Of a DNA stretch of 33,027 bases, positions 17,103-26,386 are shown piece after piece. The notes beneath the pieces are model-generated. The model searched no databases. It saw only the letters and a list, made by a program, of their open reading frames with translations, and was not told where the DNA came from. A program made the position numbers and the translations under genes. Location of the stretch: NCBI GenBank assembly GCA_964529935.1, contig CAZGXS010000001.1, forward strand, positions 1 through 33,027. Direction: 5' to 3'. Source of the stretch: an uncultured bacterium (GTDB taxonomy: Bacteria > NPL-UPA2 > JAADIA01). Within the stretch, counting starts at the first letter, position 1; each line of letters starts with the position of its first letter.

Positions 17103-17215
17103 GTAACTACTTCAGGAGTCAGAAGTCAGGAGTCAGAATCCAGAATAGAAGAAGCACAAGCTTTCCTGTCTGTGTTAATTTCTTTCATTCTGACTCCTGA
17201 CTTCTAAGTAGTTAC
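17103..17215. repeat. Long hairpin element built from (CAGRAGT) heptamers
   Basis: The left arm GTAACTACTT-CAGGAGT-CAGAAGTCAGGAGTCAGAAT pairs with the right arm ATTCTGACTCCTGACTTCTAAGTAGTTAC. That gives about 29 bp with one heptamer bulged out and a loop of about 47 nt. Confidence 0.9.
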
Positions 17216-17248
17216 ATCAGCTTTTAAGCTAAGGATGAACCAAAAACT

Positions 17249-18409
17249 ATGGCCAAGCAAGATTATTATGAAGTGTTGGGCGTCAGTCGGGGTGCCAGCC
17301 AGGAAGAGATAAAAAAAGCTTACCGGAGATTAGCAGTCAAGTACCATCCCGATAAGACCCCTGGCAAGGATTCCGAAGGGAAATTCAAAGAAGCAGCGGA
17401 GGCTTATGAGGTTCTGAGTGATCCTCAAAAGAGGACCCAATACGACCAGTTTGGACATGAAGGGATTCAGGCAGAGAGTAGTCGAGGGGGTAGTTTCGGC
17501 GGCTTTGGCTTCGATTTGGAGGAAGCCCTGCGTATGTTCAACAGTGCTTTTGGCGGTTCCTCAAGAGAAAGGACTGGATCTATATTCGATGATTTTTTTG
17601 GCGGGACCACTGTCGAAGAGGGAAAAGTTAGGCGCGAAGGAGCTAACCTTCGTTACGATTTAGAGATATCCTTAAGCCAGGCAGCTCTGGGGATGGAAAT
17701 TGCTATTCAGGTTCCTCGTTCGGAATCTTGTTCCGTTTGTCAGGGAACAGGAGCCAAGCCGGGAACGACGCCTAAAACCTGTTCTACTTGCAGGGGGAGC
17801 GGGCAGGTAAGGTATTCTCAGGGGTTCTTCAGTGTCAGACAGACCTGTAACCGTTGTCGGGGAGAGGGGAAAGTTATTGAGACTCTCTGTGGGAATTGCC
17901 GCGGGGAAGGGAGTGTCCGCCACCGTCGTAAAATATTGGTGAAAGTGCCTCCTGGCGTAGAGACCGGTTCGCGTCTCCGTATGGCTGGGGAGGGAGAAGC
18001 CGGCCAGAGGGGCGCCCCTTCGGGTGATCTCTATATTATTATTCATGTCAAGGAAAACGAGCTTTTCGAAAGACATGGAAACGATCTCCTTTGTGAAGTA
18101 CCTATCAGTTTCAGCCAGGCAGCTCTGGGAGCGGAGGTATCTGTTCCTACTCTCGACGGCAGCGTGAAGATGAAAATTCCCGCTGCCACTCAGACCGGGA
18201 GGGTATTTCGTCTCAAGGGGAAGGGAATAACCAACTTGCACGGTTATGGCAAAGGCCATCAGTATGTGCGTGTTGTTGTGGAGACTCCGGCCAGATTAAA
18301 CGAAAAGCAGAAGGCAATGCTTCATGAATTCGTCAAATCAGGAGGTGAAAACAACCACCCCTTCAAAAAGAGTTTCCTGGAAAAACTTAAGAGAGCTCTT
18401 AGTGGATAA
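17249..18409 (+). CDS. dnaJ: Co-chaperone DnaJ
   Basis: J domain with HPDK, a G/F-rich linker, and four CxxCxGxG zinc motifs ([32 protein letters not shown]). Confidence 0.97.
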   Translation: MAKQDYYEVLGVSRGASQEEIKKAYRRLAVKYHPDKTPGKDSEGKFKEAAEAYEVLSDPQKRTQYDQFGHEGIQAESSRGGSFGGFGFDLEEALRMFNSAFGGSSRERTGSIFDDFFGGTTVEEGKVRREGANLRYDLEISLSQAALGMEIAIQVPRSESCSVCQGTGAKPGTTPKTCSTCRGSGQVRYSQGFFSVRQTCNRCRGEGKVIETLCGNCRGEGSVRHRRKILVKVPPGVETGSRLRMAGEGEAGQRGAPSGDLYIIIHVKENELFERHGNDLLCEVPISFSQAALGAEVSVPTLDGSVKMKIPAATQTGRVFRLKGKGITNLHGYGKGHQYVRVVVETPARLNEKQKAMLHEFVKSGGENNHPFKKSFLEKLKRALSG

Positions 18410-18420
18410 ATCAATCTATT

Positions 18421-18458
18421 TTGTAATTTAAAATTTACAATCTTCAATTTACAATTCA
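18421..18458. repeat. AT-rich tandem or palindromic AATTTACAA units
   Basis: TTGTAATTTAAAATTTACAA is an imperfect palindrome, followed by AATTTACAA repeated with a 14-nt period. Confidence 0.7.
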
Positions 18459-18487
18459 AGTTTGCGACCGTAGGGAGCTAACTTGTT

Positions 18488-18562
18488 GTCCCCATCGTCT
18501 AGCCTGGTCTAGGACCCCAGATTTTCGATCTGGTAGCAGGGGTTCAAATCCCCTTGGGGACA
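18488..18562 (+). tRNA. tRNA-Glu (anticodon UUC), CCA not encoded
   Basis: Cloverleaf folded by hand. 7-bp acceptor stem GTCCCCA/TGGGGAC; anticodon stem CCAGA/TCTGG with loop TT-TTC-GA; T arm AGGGG-TTCAAAT-CCCCT; discriminator A. Close to the E. coli tRNA-Glu sequence as recalled from memory. Confidence 0.93.
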
Positions 18563-18703
18563 TCACCTCAAAGAGGACTATCCCAGATTTACGGAGCAAT
18601 AACTCGTAGAATTTGGAATTGACAAGCTTTCTAAGTCATCAACGCGAGATTCAAGGCTATTAGTTTCATTCTCCGTATCCATAATATTCCCCAAGCAATA
18701 TTT

Positions 18704-19792
18704 CTATATCTTATCCATTTCTTCAATCGCTTCACTAACAATATCATCCATTAGCTCTTCTACGGATACAATCTTTTTCACTTTCCAGACATTGCTCCCG
18801 GCAAATACAACCGCCTCGTCCAAATTACCGATTACAGCATTGAATAAGGCTTTGGCTATGCAATAAGGGGCCGTCTTGGGATTACAGGTTTTAATACACC
18901 GGTAATTACATCTAAATGGCACCCCGTCACCATTTATCACCCTGTCAATAAGCTCAGTTTTTATTGCTCTTCCCGGCATGCCAACGGGACTCTTTATAAT
19001 AACAATGTCATCTTCCCCAGCGGTGAGATATAGCTGCTTGAATTCATCTGCTACCGGGCACTCAAAGGTAGCAACAAATCGGGTGGCTATTTGCACGCCC
19101 TTTGCTCCCAACCCAAGAAATTTAGCAACATCTTTCCCGTCAAATATCCCCCCTGCTGCTATGACCGGCATGTTTATACCTAAATCTCTTTCGTATTCTT
19201 TAACCACTTTCAAAACATCTACTACTAAATTCTCTAAGTTATCCCCTTTATGCGATTCCAAATCTTCAAATTTAAAACCTAAATGTCCTCCTGCCAGTGG
19301 ACCTTCCACAACAATTGCGTCTGGCAAGCGATGGTAGCGTTTTTTCCAGGTCCTGATTATAAGAGCAGCCGCCCTCGCTGAGGAAACGATTGGCCACAGC
19401 CCTATTGAGTGGCCCTCGGTAAATTCCGGTAACTTCAAAGGTAAGCCTGCTCCCGAAACGATGAAATCAGCTTTCTCCCTCGCGCTGGTTCGCGCTAAAT
19501 CCTCATAATTGTCCAAAGCCACCATTGCGTTTACACCTACAATGCCCCCGGTCAATTCTTTGGCCTGCCGTATCTCTTTTTCAAGCCCCGCTCTTGAGGC
19601 TTTAATAAAATTCGTTTCATTCTCTTCTGTGCCATAGCCAAGACCTACACTGGCTATAGTTCCTGCTCCACCATAATTTGCAACGGCACTGGCTAAAGGA
19701 GCCGTAGATACTTTAACCCCCATGGCGCCTTGAATAATCGGTATTTTTATCTGTAAATCACCAACTATAAGTGGCTTCAATTTATTAGACAC
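18704..19792 (-). CDS. Nitronate monooxygenase / FabK-like FMN-dependent oxidoreductase with C-terminal Cys cluster
   Basis: 362 aa. IIQGAMG and IAAGGIFDG motifs of the NMO/enoyl-ACP reductase II TIM-barrel family. The extra CX3CX3CX7C motif (CNYRCIKTCNPKTAPYC) suggests an Fe-S site. GTG start with GAGG about 10 nt upstream. Confidence 0.8.
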   Translation of the reverse strand: MSNKLKPLIVGDLQIKIPIIQGAMGVKVSTAPLASAVANYGGAGTIASVGLGYGTEENETNFIKASRAGLEKEIRQAKELTGGIVGVNAMVALDNYEDLARTSAREKADFIVSGAGLPLKLPEFTEGHSIGLWPIVSSARAAALIIRTWKKRYHRLPDAIVVEGPLAGGHLGFKFEDLESHKGDNLENLVVDVLKVVKEYERDLGINMPVIAAGGIFDGKDVAKFLGLGAKGVQIATRFVATFECPVADEFKQLYLTAGEDDIVIIKSPVGMPGRAIKTELIDRVINGDGVPFRCNYRCIKTCNPKTAPYCIAKALFNAVIGNLDEAVVFAGSNVWKVKKIVSVEELMDDIVSEAIEEMDKI

Positions 19793-19797
19793 AATAA

Positions 19798-20007
19798 TTA
19801 TCCTCTGGCAAGCACATCTTCCAGTCCCTCCTCTATAAAAAGCAATATTGTATTTCTTATTCTAACCTCAGGGCCTGATTTTAGCGCCTTCTCGCTAATC
19901 AGAGATCCATTAGCAAAAAGACCGTTTGTGTTATTTAGATAGTAATCTGATATTGATAGTCCTCTTACGCCTGTCATAATAGTAACATTGCTTCCGCTAC
20001 AATTCAA
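19798..20007 (-). CDS. Hypothetical small protein (59-69 aa), possibly not real
   Basis: The ORF ends 5 nt before the NMO start, an operon-like arrangement. No recognisable motif. Both the TTG 20007 and ATG 19977 starts lack a good SD. Confidence 0.25.
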   Translation of the reverse strand: MNCSGSNVTIMTGVRGLSISDYYLNNTNGLFANGSLISEKALKSGPEVRIRNTILLFIEEGLEDVLARG

Positions 20008-20053
20008 GTAGAATTTAAAAGTAATGAATTTAACAACAAGACCTAACTTTTTC

Positions 20054-20082
20054 TTGCTAAATGCGCTTCTTTGTGGTAATAT
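20054..20082 (+). promoter_or_regulatory. Candidate extended -10 promoter TTGCTA-17-(TGg)TAATAT for the zinc-ribbon/lepA pair
   Basis: Hexamers and spacing were read directly, about 55 nt upstream of ATG 20138. Confidence 0.4.
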
Positions 20083-20137
20083 TTTTTTGGCTTTGGATGA
20101 GGTCCTAATTTTAATGCTGTCTACCGTGAGTTAACAG

Positions 20138-20422
20138 ATGCCTACTTATGAATATGAATGTCAATCATGCCAGCATGCCTTTGAGGAGTTTCAGAGTATT
20201 ACCGCTCCTCCCTTGAAGAATTGCCCTGAATGTAATGGTCCTTTGCGCAGACTGATAGGAGGAGGGGGAGCTATAATCTTCAAGGGCTCGGGATTTTATA
20301 CTACTGATTACCGCAGTGCGGAATACAAGAAAAAAGCTAAGGAAGAGTCTGCTTTCAACGAAGGAAAGAAAAAGGAAACGAAGAAGGAAAAGAAAAAAGA
20401 CGCGGAGAAAAAACCTAAATGA
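20138..20422 (+). CDS. FmdB-family zinc-ribbon protein with Lys/Glu-rich tail
   Basis: [16 protein letters not shown]...CPECNG, i.e. two CxxC pairs. The stop overlaps the lepA start (ATGA). Confidence 0.85.
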   Translation: MPTYEYECQSCQHAFEEFQSITAPPLKNCPECNGPLRRLIGGGGAIIFKGSGFYTTDYRSAEYKKKAKEESAFNEGKKKETKKEKKKDAEKKPK

Positions 20423-22221
20423 AAAAATCTATCTCTAACCTCAGAAATTTCTGCATTATTGCTCATATTGACCACGGGAAGAGCACCTTGGCCGACAGGA
20501 TGCTGGAATATACTCATACCATTGATAAAAGGGAATTCCGCGACCAGGTGCTTGACGATATGGAGCTTGAGCGGGAGAGGGGTATCACCATAAAGGCGAA
20601 GGCGGTAAGATTGAACTATACGGCCCAGGATGGGAAGCCATATATTTTTAATCTTATAGATACGCCCGGGCATGTAGATTTCAGCTATGAGGTATCCCGG
20701 AGCTTAGCCGCTTGCGAAGGGGTCCTTCTCATTGTGGATGCGGCGCAGGGGGTTCAGGCCCAGACTATCGCTAATGTCTATATGGCCATGGAACATAACT
20801 TGAACATTATCCCCGTGGTTAATAAAATAGATCTGGAAAATGCCGACCCCGAGGCTACCATAGAAGAATTAAGGAACATCCAGGGGCTTGATGCTTCCCA
20901 TTGCCTTCTTGTCAGCGCTAAAGAAGGTACCGGTACGGAAGAGTTATTAGAGGCTATTATCCAGCGCATTCCTCCTCCTTTGGAGGGAAGCGAGGATTCC
21001 TTGAGGGCGCTTATATTTGATTCCTCTTTTGACACCTATAGAGGCGTAGTAACTTATATAAAGGTAGTTTCTGGCTCCATCGGGAAGGGCGCTAAAATTC
21101 TCCTTATGTCCAACGGCAAGGAGTTTGAGGTTGTGGAGGTGGGCATCTTTAAGCCTGGGATGCAGGCGACCGAAATTCTCACGGCCGGTGAAGTCGGCTA
21201 TTTGATGGCTAATATTAAAAGCGTTAGGGAAGCCCGGATAGGAGATACCATCACCTCCGCTCGTCAGCCGGCCAGGGAACCTCTGTCCGGATATAAGCCG
21301 GCTAAGTCTATGGTTTTCTCGGGACTCTACTCCGTGGAAACGGGTGACTATGAGTTATTAAGAGATGCTCTGGGTAAATTGAGCTTGAACGACTCCTCTT
21401 TTATTTATGAACCGGAGACTTCCCCTTCCTTTGGGTTTGGGTTCCGCTGCGGTTTTTTGGGGCTTTTACACATGGAGATTGTTCAGGAGCGCCTGGAGAG
21501 AGAATATAACCTGGATTTGATCTCTTCGGCTCCCAGTGTTCGCTATCGGGTGAAGGTGAAAGGAAAAGACCCTTTCTTCGTAGATAATCCGGCCCGTCTT
21601 CCCTCAGCTCAGGAGATAGAGTATATAGAAGAGCCTTTTGTTAAGATGAGCATAGTCTCTCCCGATAAATATATAGGGGCATTAATGGAGCTATCTCGGG
21701 ATAGAAGGGGTATTTATATTAGCACCAGTTATCTTGACCTCACCCGGGTAGTAATGATTTTTGAATTTCCTCTGGGCGAGATAGTTATAGATTTTCACGA
21801 TAAACTCAAGTCCGTGACCAAAGGTTATGGCTCCCTCGATTACGAGTATATAGGTTATAGAAAACAGAAAGTTGTGAGGCTCGATATTCTTCTCAATGGG
21901 GAAATGGTAGAGGCCCTGGCCAGCATAGTCCATTGGGAGAAGGCTTATAAGAGAGGAAGATCTTTGACTATGAAACTTAAAGAGGTTATTCCGCGGCATC
22001 AATTTCCCACCGCTGTGCAGGCGGTCATTGGCAGCCAGGTTGTGGCCCGAGAGACGATTAGGGCTTTTCGCAAGGATGTTACCGAAAAGCTTTACGGAGG
22101 AGATATAACTAGGAAGAGGAAACTTCTGGAAAAACAGAAGCGGGGCAAGAAACGGATGAAGAGAGTGGGCAAAGTAAATATACCTCAGGAGGCGTTTTTG
22201 GCGGTGGTAAAGACATTCTAA
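20419..22221 (+). CDS. lepA: Elongation factor 4 (LepA)
   Basis: 600 aa. [27 protein letters not shown], and the LepA-specific C-terminal domain. Confidence 0.97.
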   Translation: MKKSISNLRNFCIIAHIDHGKSTLADRMLEYTHTIDKREFRDQVLDDMELERERGITIKAKAVRLNYTAQDGKPYIFNLIDTPGHVDFSYEVSRSLAACEGVLLIVDAAQGVQAQTIANVYMAMEHNLNIIPVVNKIDLENADPEATIEELRNIQGLDASHCLLVSAKEGTGTEELLEAIIQRIPPPLEGSEDSLRALIFDSSFDTYRGVVTYIKVVSGSIGKGAKILLMSNGKEFEVVEVGIFKPGMQATEILTAGEVGYLMANIKSVREARIGDTITSARQPAREPLSGYKPAKSMVFSGLYSVETGDYELLRDALGKLSLNDSSFIYEPETSPSFGFGFRCGFLGLLHMEIVQERLEREYNLDLISSAPSVRYRVKVKGKDPFFVDNPARLPSAQEIEYIEEPFVKMSIVSPDKYIGALMELSRDRRGIYISTSYLDLTRVVMIFEFPLGEIVIDFHDKLKSVTKGYGSLDYEYIGYRKQKVVRLDILLNGEMVEALASIVHWEKAYKRGRSLTMKLKEVIPRHQFPTAVQAVIGSQVVARETIRAFRKDVTEKLYGGDITRKRKLLEKQKRGKKRMKRVGKVNIPQEAFLAVVKTF

Positions 22222-22838
22222 GCTACCTTCTTCGGTTCTGATGGTTTCCTCAGGTGTTCCCTTTCCTGCGCCAGTTCCTTCCCGGCTTTAAAAGCTTCCT
22301 TTATAGCCAGAGGATGGTTGAGGATAGCCCCCTTTGCATCGATGCGCTCGTAAAGAAGGTTACCACTATACTCCATCTCCAGCACTTCGAAGAAATATTT
22401 CATGGTTACCTTTGCCCCCTCAAATACCTTCTTGCCCTTTGTTCCTCCCACGGCGATGAATAAGCCTTTACGGGGGGGGTGAGGTTTTTTTTCAAAAAGA
22501 GGTCTTTCCAGTACATGCTTTCTTGCCCAGAGCGCCTGGCAGCGGTCAATTACCATCTTAGCTTGAGCACAATGGGCCATAAAGTAGATAGGGGAGGTAA
22601 AGACGAGGCGGTCGGCAGCTATAAACTTCTTATAAAGGACCTGCATACCGTCTTTAATGATGCATTCGCCCTTCTTGAAACAACGGTCGCATTCGAGACA
22701 GGGAGAGATTTTGAGATCCTTGAGAAGAATCTTCTCTACCCTTGCTCCTTTGCTCTTTGCCCCTCTTAAAGCTTCATCAAGAAGAATGTCCGTATTTCCT
22801 CTAACGCGGGGGCTGGTGGAAATACCTAACACCTTCAT
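22218..22838 (-). CDS. Iron-sulfur flavoprotein (Isf-like, NADPH-dependent FMN reductase/flavodoxin fold)
   Basis: 206 aa. [16 protein letters not shown] flavodoxin-like start, and the compact CX2CX2CX5C motif ([13 protein letters not shown]) typical of Isf proteins. GGAGG SD upstream. Confidence 0.8.
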   Translation of the reverse strand: MKVLGISTSPRVRGNTDILLDEALRGAKSKGARVEKILLKDLKISPCLECDRCFKKGECIIKDGMQVLYKKFIAADRLVFTSPIYFMAHCAQAKMVIDRCQALWARKHVLERPLFEKKPHPPRKGLFIAVGGTKGKKVFEGAKVTMKYFFEVLEMEYSGNLLYERIDAKGAILNHPLAIKEAFKAGKELAQEREHLRKPSEPKKVA

Positions 22839-22858
22839 CGTTGTCCTCCTTCTGTTCG

Positions 22859-22888
22859 TTCCCTGATAATATCATATTACACAGGGAA
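22859..22888. promoter_or_regulatory. Nested palindrome TTCCCTG-AT-AATAT-C-ATATT-ACA-CAGGGAA in the divergent promoter region
   Basis: 7-bp outer arms and 5-bp inner arms, read directly. It overlaps -10-like hexamers on both strands (GATAAT on +, TATGAT/TATTAT on -). TTCCC/GGGAA half-sites recur at 22936-22946. Confidence 0.45.
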
Positions 22889-22929
22889 ATGCCAAAGCTT
22901 TTTAGTTAGAAAAAACTGGCACTTTTTTG

Positions 22930-22958
22930 TTGTTAGGAAAGTTTCCCTATGATATACT
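22930..22958 (+). promoter_or_regulatory. Candidate promoter TTGTTA-17-TATACT, with GGAAA-G-TTTCC palindrome in the spacer
   Basis: The -10 ends 7 nt before ATG 22966 and no SD is present, which fits a leaderless transcript. Confidence 0.3.
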
Positions 22959-22965
22959 TATGCAT

Positions 22966-24066
22966 ATGAAAATCTCTTTCCCTCATATGGGCAATATAGA
23001 TATCGTTATGAGAACCGTTTTAGAGAAGCTAGGACAGGAGGTAATCGTTCCTCCTCCTATAAGCCGGAGGACTCTCAGCCTGGGTGTGAGGCATTCTCCG
23101 GAATTTGCCTGTCTTCCCTTTAAGGTGAACTTAGGCAATTTCATTGAGGGGTTAGAAAGGGGAGCGGATACTCTCCTCATGATGGGGGATAATGGCCAGG
23201 GGTCCTGCCGACTGGGTTTCTATGCCCGGACACAGGAGGTTATTCTTAGGGAGTTAGGATATGATTTCCGCATGATTACCCTTAACAGCGAAACGAAAAG
23301 CGGATTCGTAAAAATCTTAGTCGATTTTGGCCAGGGTAAGTCCCGGAAAGAGATCATCTCCGCTTTCTGGCTAGGCTGGCGGAAGATGAGGCTTTGCGAG
23401 GGAGCCGAAAAATGGAGTCATCGCATTCGTTCTTATGAAGTGAATCAAGGGGATACGACCCAGGTCTGTCAGCGGGCGATTAAGATGATAAATGAGTCGC
23501 AGAATATCTCTCAACTGAGAGAGGCCCGGGGAGAGAGCCAAACCTTATTCAAGAATATTGAGCGGGACCGGGACCGTCGGCCCCTGAGGATTGCGATCAC
23601 TGGAGAGATCTATGTTGTTTGGGAACCCTTCGTTAATTTGAATATAGAAACCAAGTTGGGTGAGATGGGTGTGGAGGTAATCCGATGCCTCTGGCTAAGT
23701 GAGAATATTTTGCACCGCGTCCATCTAGACTTCTGGAGCTGGAGGTCAAAGAGCCGGGCCCTCAAGGCGGCGGAACCTTATTTAGGATATAACGTGGGAG
23801 CAGAGTGTAATATCTCAGTGGGGAATGTCGTTATCTCCAAGCGGCGGGGTTACGATGGCCTTATTCATCTCATGCCTTTTACCTGCATGCCGGAGATTGT
23901 CGCCCAAAGCATTATACCCAAGGTGAGCCGCCATTATGATATGCCTGTCCTCACCTTCATTCTCGACGAACATACGGGAGAGGCGGGGATGGTAACCCGT
24001 CTGGAGGCTTTTGTGGATTTGTTAGCAAGGAGGCGGGAGAAGATAAAAAGGAAAGACTTTAATTGA
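22966..24066 (+). CDS. Acyl-CoA dehydratase activase-related protein (DUF2229/COG3580-like)
   Basis: The N-terminus MKISFPHMGN....L..LG.EVIVPPP.S..TL.LG...SPEFACLPFK matches my recollection of this family. The start is moved from the ORF-track 22927 to ATG 22966. Confidence 0.6.
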   Translation: MKISFPHMGNIDIVMRTVLEKLGQEVIVPPPISRRTLSLGVRHSPEFACLPFKVNLGNFIEGLERGADTLLMMGDNGQGSCRLGFYARTQEVILRELGYDFRMITLNSETKSGFVKILVDFGQGKSRKEIISAFWLGWRKMRLCEGAEKWSHRIRSYEVNQGDTTQVCQRAIKMINESQNISQLREARGESQTLFKNIERDRDRRPLRIAITGEIYVVWEPFVNLNIETKLGEMGVEVIRCLWLSENILHRVHLDFWSWRSKSRALKAAEPYLGYNVGAECNISVGNVVISKRRGYDGLIHLMPFTCMPEIVAQSIIPKVSRHYDMPVLTFILDEHTGEAGMVTRLEAFVDLLARRREKIKRKDFN

Positions 24067-25574
24067 ACTCGCTAATGGATTATCATCCCAGCCGGGAGGA
24101 ATTTCGACGCCTGACCAAAAAAGGAAATTTGATTCCCGTTTACAAAGAGATACTGGCGGATATGGAGACGCCGGTCTCGGCCTTCCGAAAGATTTCTGAT
24201 GATGGGTATTCTTATCTTTTGGAAAGCGTGGAGGGAGGGGAGAAATTAGGACGGTATTCCTTTCTGAGCAGTGGTTCGGAGCTCATCTTTAAAAGCAAGG
24301 GAAGAAGGGTAGAAATTAGGCAGGGCCGGAAGAAAAAGACCCTGGTCGTTAAGGGTGATCCCCTGCAAGCGTTAAAAGAGGTTATGTCGAGATATAGGCC
24401 CGTTATCCTCAAGGGATTGCCTCGCTTCCCGGGAGGAGCGGTGGGCTATATCGGTTACGATATGGTTCGCTTTTTTGAAAAACTTCCCCAAGAGAACATT
24501 GATGACCTAAATTTACCTGATTGTATTTTTATTTTTAGCTCCTGCTTGGTAATATTTGACCACATTAACCATACCATTAAAATCGTTTCCCATGCTTTTA
24601 TCGAAAGCAACGCTTTGCCTTCCAGCCAGCAGGTGGACAGGGCTTATAAGTTAGCCACGGAGAAGATAGATGAGATCGTCCACAGGCTGAGGAAGTCAGT
24701 TAAAACTATCCCCCGGTCTCCAGGGAGGAAGGCCTCCTCCCCGCTCAAATCTAATTTTACCCGGCAGGATTTTATAAGGCAGGTGAGGAAAGCCAAAGAT
24801 TATATAAGAGCCGGGGATGTTATTCAAGTGGTTCTCTCTCAGAGATGGGAGAAGAAGATTAAAGCTCGCCCCTTTGATCTTTATCGGGCTCTGCGTTCGA
24901 TCAATCCCTCACCCTATATGTATTTTCTGAAATTCGGGGATTTAAAGATTGTAGGTTCCTCCCCGGAGATTTTGGTTCGGGCCGAAAAGGGCAAGGTTAC
25001 CTTGAGGCCCATTGCCGGGACCCGACCCCGAGGAGAGGATGAAGAAGGAGATGAAACCCTAAAGAAGGAACTATTAGCTGATCCCAAGGAGAGAGCCGAG
25101 CACATCATGCTCGTTGATCTGGGAAGGAACGATGTGGGGAGGGTATGTTATTACGGCAGTGTCCGGGTTGATGAGTTGATGACCATCGAAAAATATTCTC
25201 ATGTTATGCATATTGTCTCCAACGTGGTGGGCAAGCTAAAGAGGGGAAAGGACCAGTTTGATCTCCTACAAGCTTGTTTCCCGGCCGGGACGGTAACTGG
25301 GGCTCCCAAGGTGAGAGCTATGGAGATAATTGAGGAGCTGGAGCCAACGAGAAGGGGCCCTTATGCCGGAGCGGTGGGCTATTTTAGCTTCTCCGGGAAC
25401 ATGGACAGTTGCATCACCATCAGAACTATAGTTGTCAAGGGAGATACTGCCTATATCCAGGCGGGAGCGGGCATTGTCGCCGATTCCCATCCGGAGAGGG
25501 AATATCAGGAAACGAAAAATAAGGCCCAGGCCCTCCTCAAGGCCCTGGAAATGGCTGAACGGGGGTTAGAATAA
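24063..25574 (+). CDS. trpE: Anthranilate synthase component I
   Basis: LLESVEGGEKLGRYSF, GTRPRG, GAVGYFS, IRT..V. TTG 24063 overlaps the upstream stop (TTGA) with AGGAAAG about 10 nt upstream. ATG 24075 is an alternative start. Confidence 0.93.
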   Translation: MNSLMDYHPSREEFRRLTKKGNLIPVYKEILADMETPVSAFRKISDDGYSYLLESVEGGEKLGRYSFLSSGSELIFKSKGRRVEIRQGRKKKTLVVKGDPLQALKEVMSRYRPVILKGLPRFPGGAVGYIGYDMVRFFEKLPQENIDDLNLPDCIFIFSSCLVIFDHINHTIKIVSHAFIESNALPSSQQVDRAYKLATEKIDEIVHRLRKSVKTIPRSPGRKASSPLKSNFTRQDFIRQVRKAKDYIRAGDVIQVVLSQRWEKKIKARPFDLYRALRSINPSPYMYFLKFGDLKIVGSSPEILVRAEKGKVTLRPIAGTRPRGEDEEGDETLKKELLADPKERAEHIMLVDLGRNDVGRVCYYGSVRVDELMTIEKYSHVMHIVSNVVGKLKRGKDQFDLLQACFPAGTVTGAPKVRAMEIIEELEPTRRGPYAGAVGYFSFSGNMDSCITIRTIVVKGDTAYIQAGAGIVADSHPEREYQETKNKAQALLKALEMAERGLE

Positions 25575-25603
25575 TCATTACGACCGTAAAAAAAGCTTCT
25601 TCA

Positions 25604-26386
25604 ATGCTCAATAAGATAATTAAAAATAAGAAGATTGAAATTGAGGATAAGAAACAAAAAGTTAGTTTAAGTGTACTCAAAGCCAGACTTATGGAGGTCG
25701 GGAGGACCCATCCCTTTAAAGAGGCGATATCTAAACCGGGGGGCATTAACCTTATTGCCGAGATTAAGAAGGCTTCTCCCTCTCGGGGAGTGCTCAGGGG
25801 CGATTTTAACCCCGTAGAGATAGCTAAGATCTATGAGGAAAATGGAGCCAGAGCTATTTCCGTACTGACCGATGAAAAGTTTTTTCAGGGGAATATAAAT
25901 TTTTTAACTGAAATAAGAAAGGCAACTACTATTCCCCTTCTCCGCAAGGATTTTATTATTGATAAGTATCAAATTTATGAATCTCGAGCCTACGGGGCGG
26001 ATGCTCTCCTTCTCATCGCCGCTATTTTGTCCCGGGAGGAGATGGATGACTTTCTTTCCCTAAGCCGGGACTTAAGTATGAATTGTCTCGTAGAGGTGCA
26101 TACAGAGGAGGAGTTAAGGAAAGTTTTGGATACCCCGGCAGAAATCATTGGGATAAATAACCGCGATCTCAAAACTTTTGAGGTTGACCTTTCCGCCACG
26201 GCGCGCCTGAAGAGATTAATCCCTCCCGGCAGAATAGTCGTTTCCGAAAGCGGTATTCAGAGTCGGGAGGATGTGCAGCTATTGGCTGAGGATAAGATAG
26301 AGGCTATCCTGGTGGGCGAATCTCTCTTGAGGAGCGAGGATATAGGAGAGAAGGTGAGAGAACTACGGGGAGGAAGGGGAAAGTGA
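25604..26386 (+). CDS. trpC: Indole-3-glycerol phosphate synthase
   Basis: 260 aa. IAEIKKASPSRG, FIIDKYQI.ESR..GADA.LLI, INNRDL. Confidence 0.93.
   Translation: MLNKIIKNKKIEIEDKKQKVSLSVLKARLMEVGRTHPFKEAISKPGGINLIAEIKKASPSRGVLRGDFNPVEIAKIYEENGARAISVLTDEKFFQGNINFLTEIRKATTIPLLRKDFIIDKYQIYESRAYGADALLLIAAILSREEMDDFLSLSRDLSMNCLVEVHTEEELRKVLDTPAEIIGINNRDLKTFEVDLSATARLKRLIPPGRIVVSESGIQSREDVQLLAEDKIEAILVGESLLRSEDIGEKVRELRGGRGK

Noticed and set aside
17672-18259. 195-aa minus-strand ORF antisense to dnaJ, and similar antisense ORFs within murC, ftsZ, dnaK, lepA, trpB and others
   Set aside because: They lie fully inside strongly supported CDSs on the opposite strand or in another frame. They have no motifs and are typical shadow ORFs.
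18563-20137. A bona fide genomic island integrated at tRNA-Glu
   Set aside because: No integrase is present, there is no direct repeat of the tRNA 3' end, and only one or two genes are involved. It is kept as a low-interest compositional observation, not as a mobile-element call.
22916-22931. Sigma-54 type -24/-12 promoter (TGGCAC-N-TTGT) upstream of the activase-related gene
   Set aside because: The GG to G(T) spacing is 9 rather than 10, and the -12 element reads TTGT rather than TTGC. This is a near miss only.
24040-24080. Leader peptide, T-box or TRAP-type attenuator in front of trpE
   Set aside because: trpE starts within 0-9 nt of the preceding stop codon, so there is no space for any leader structure.
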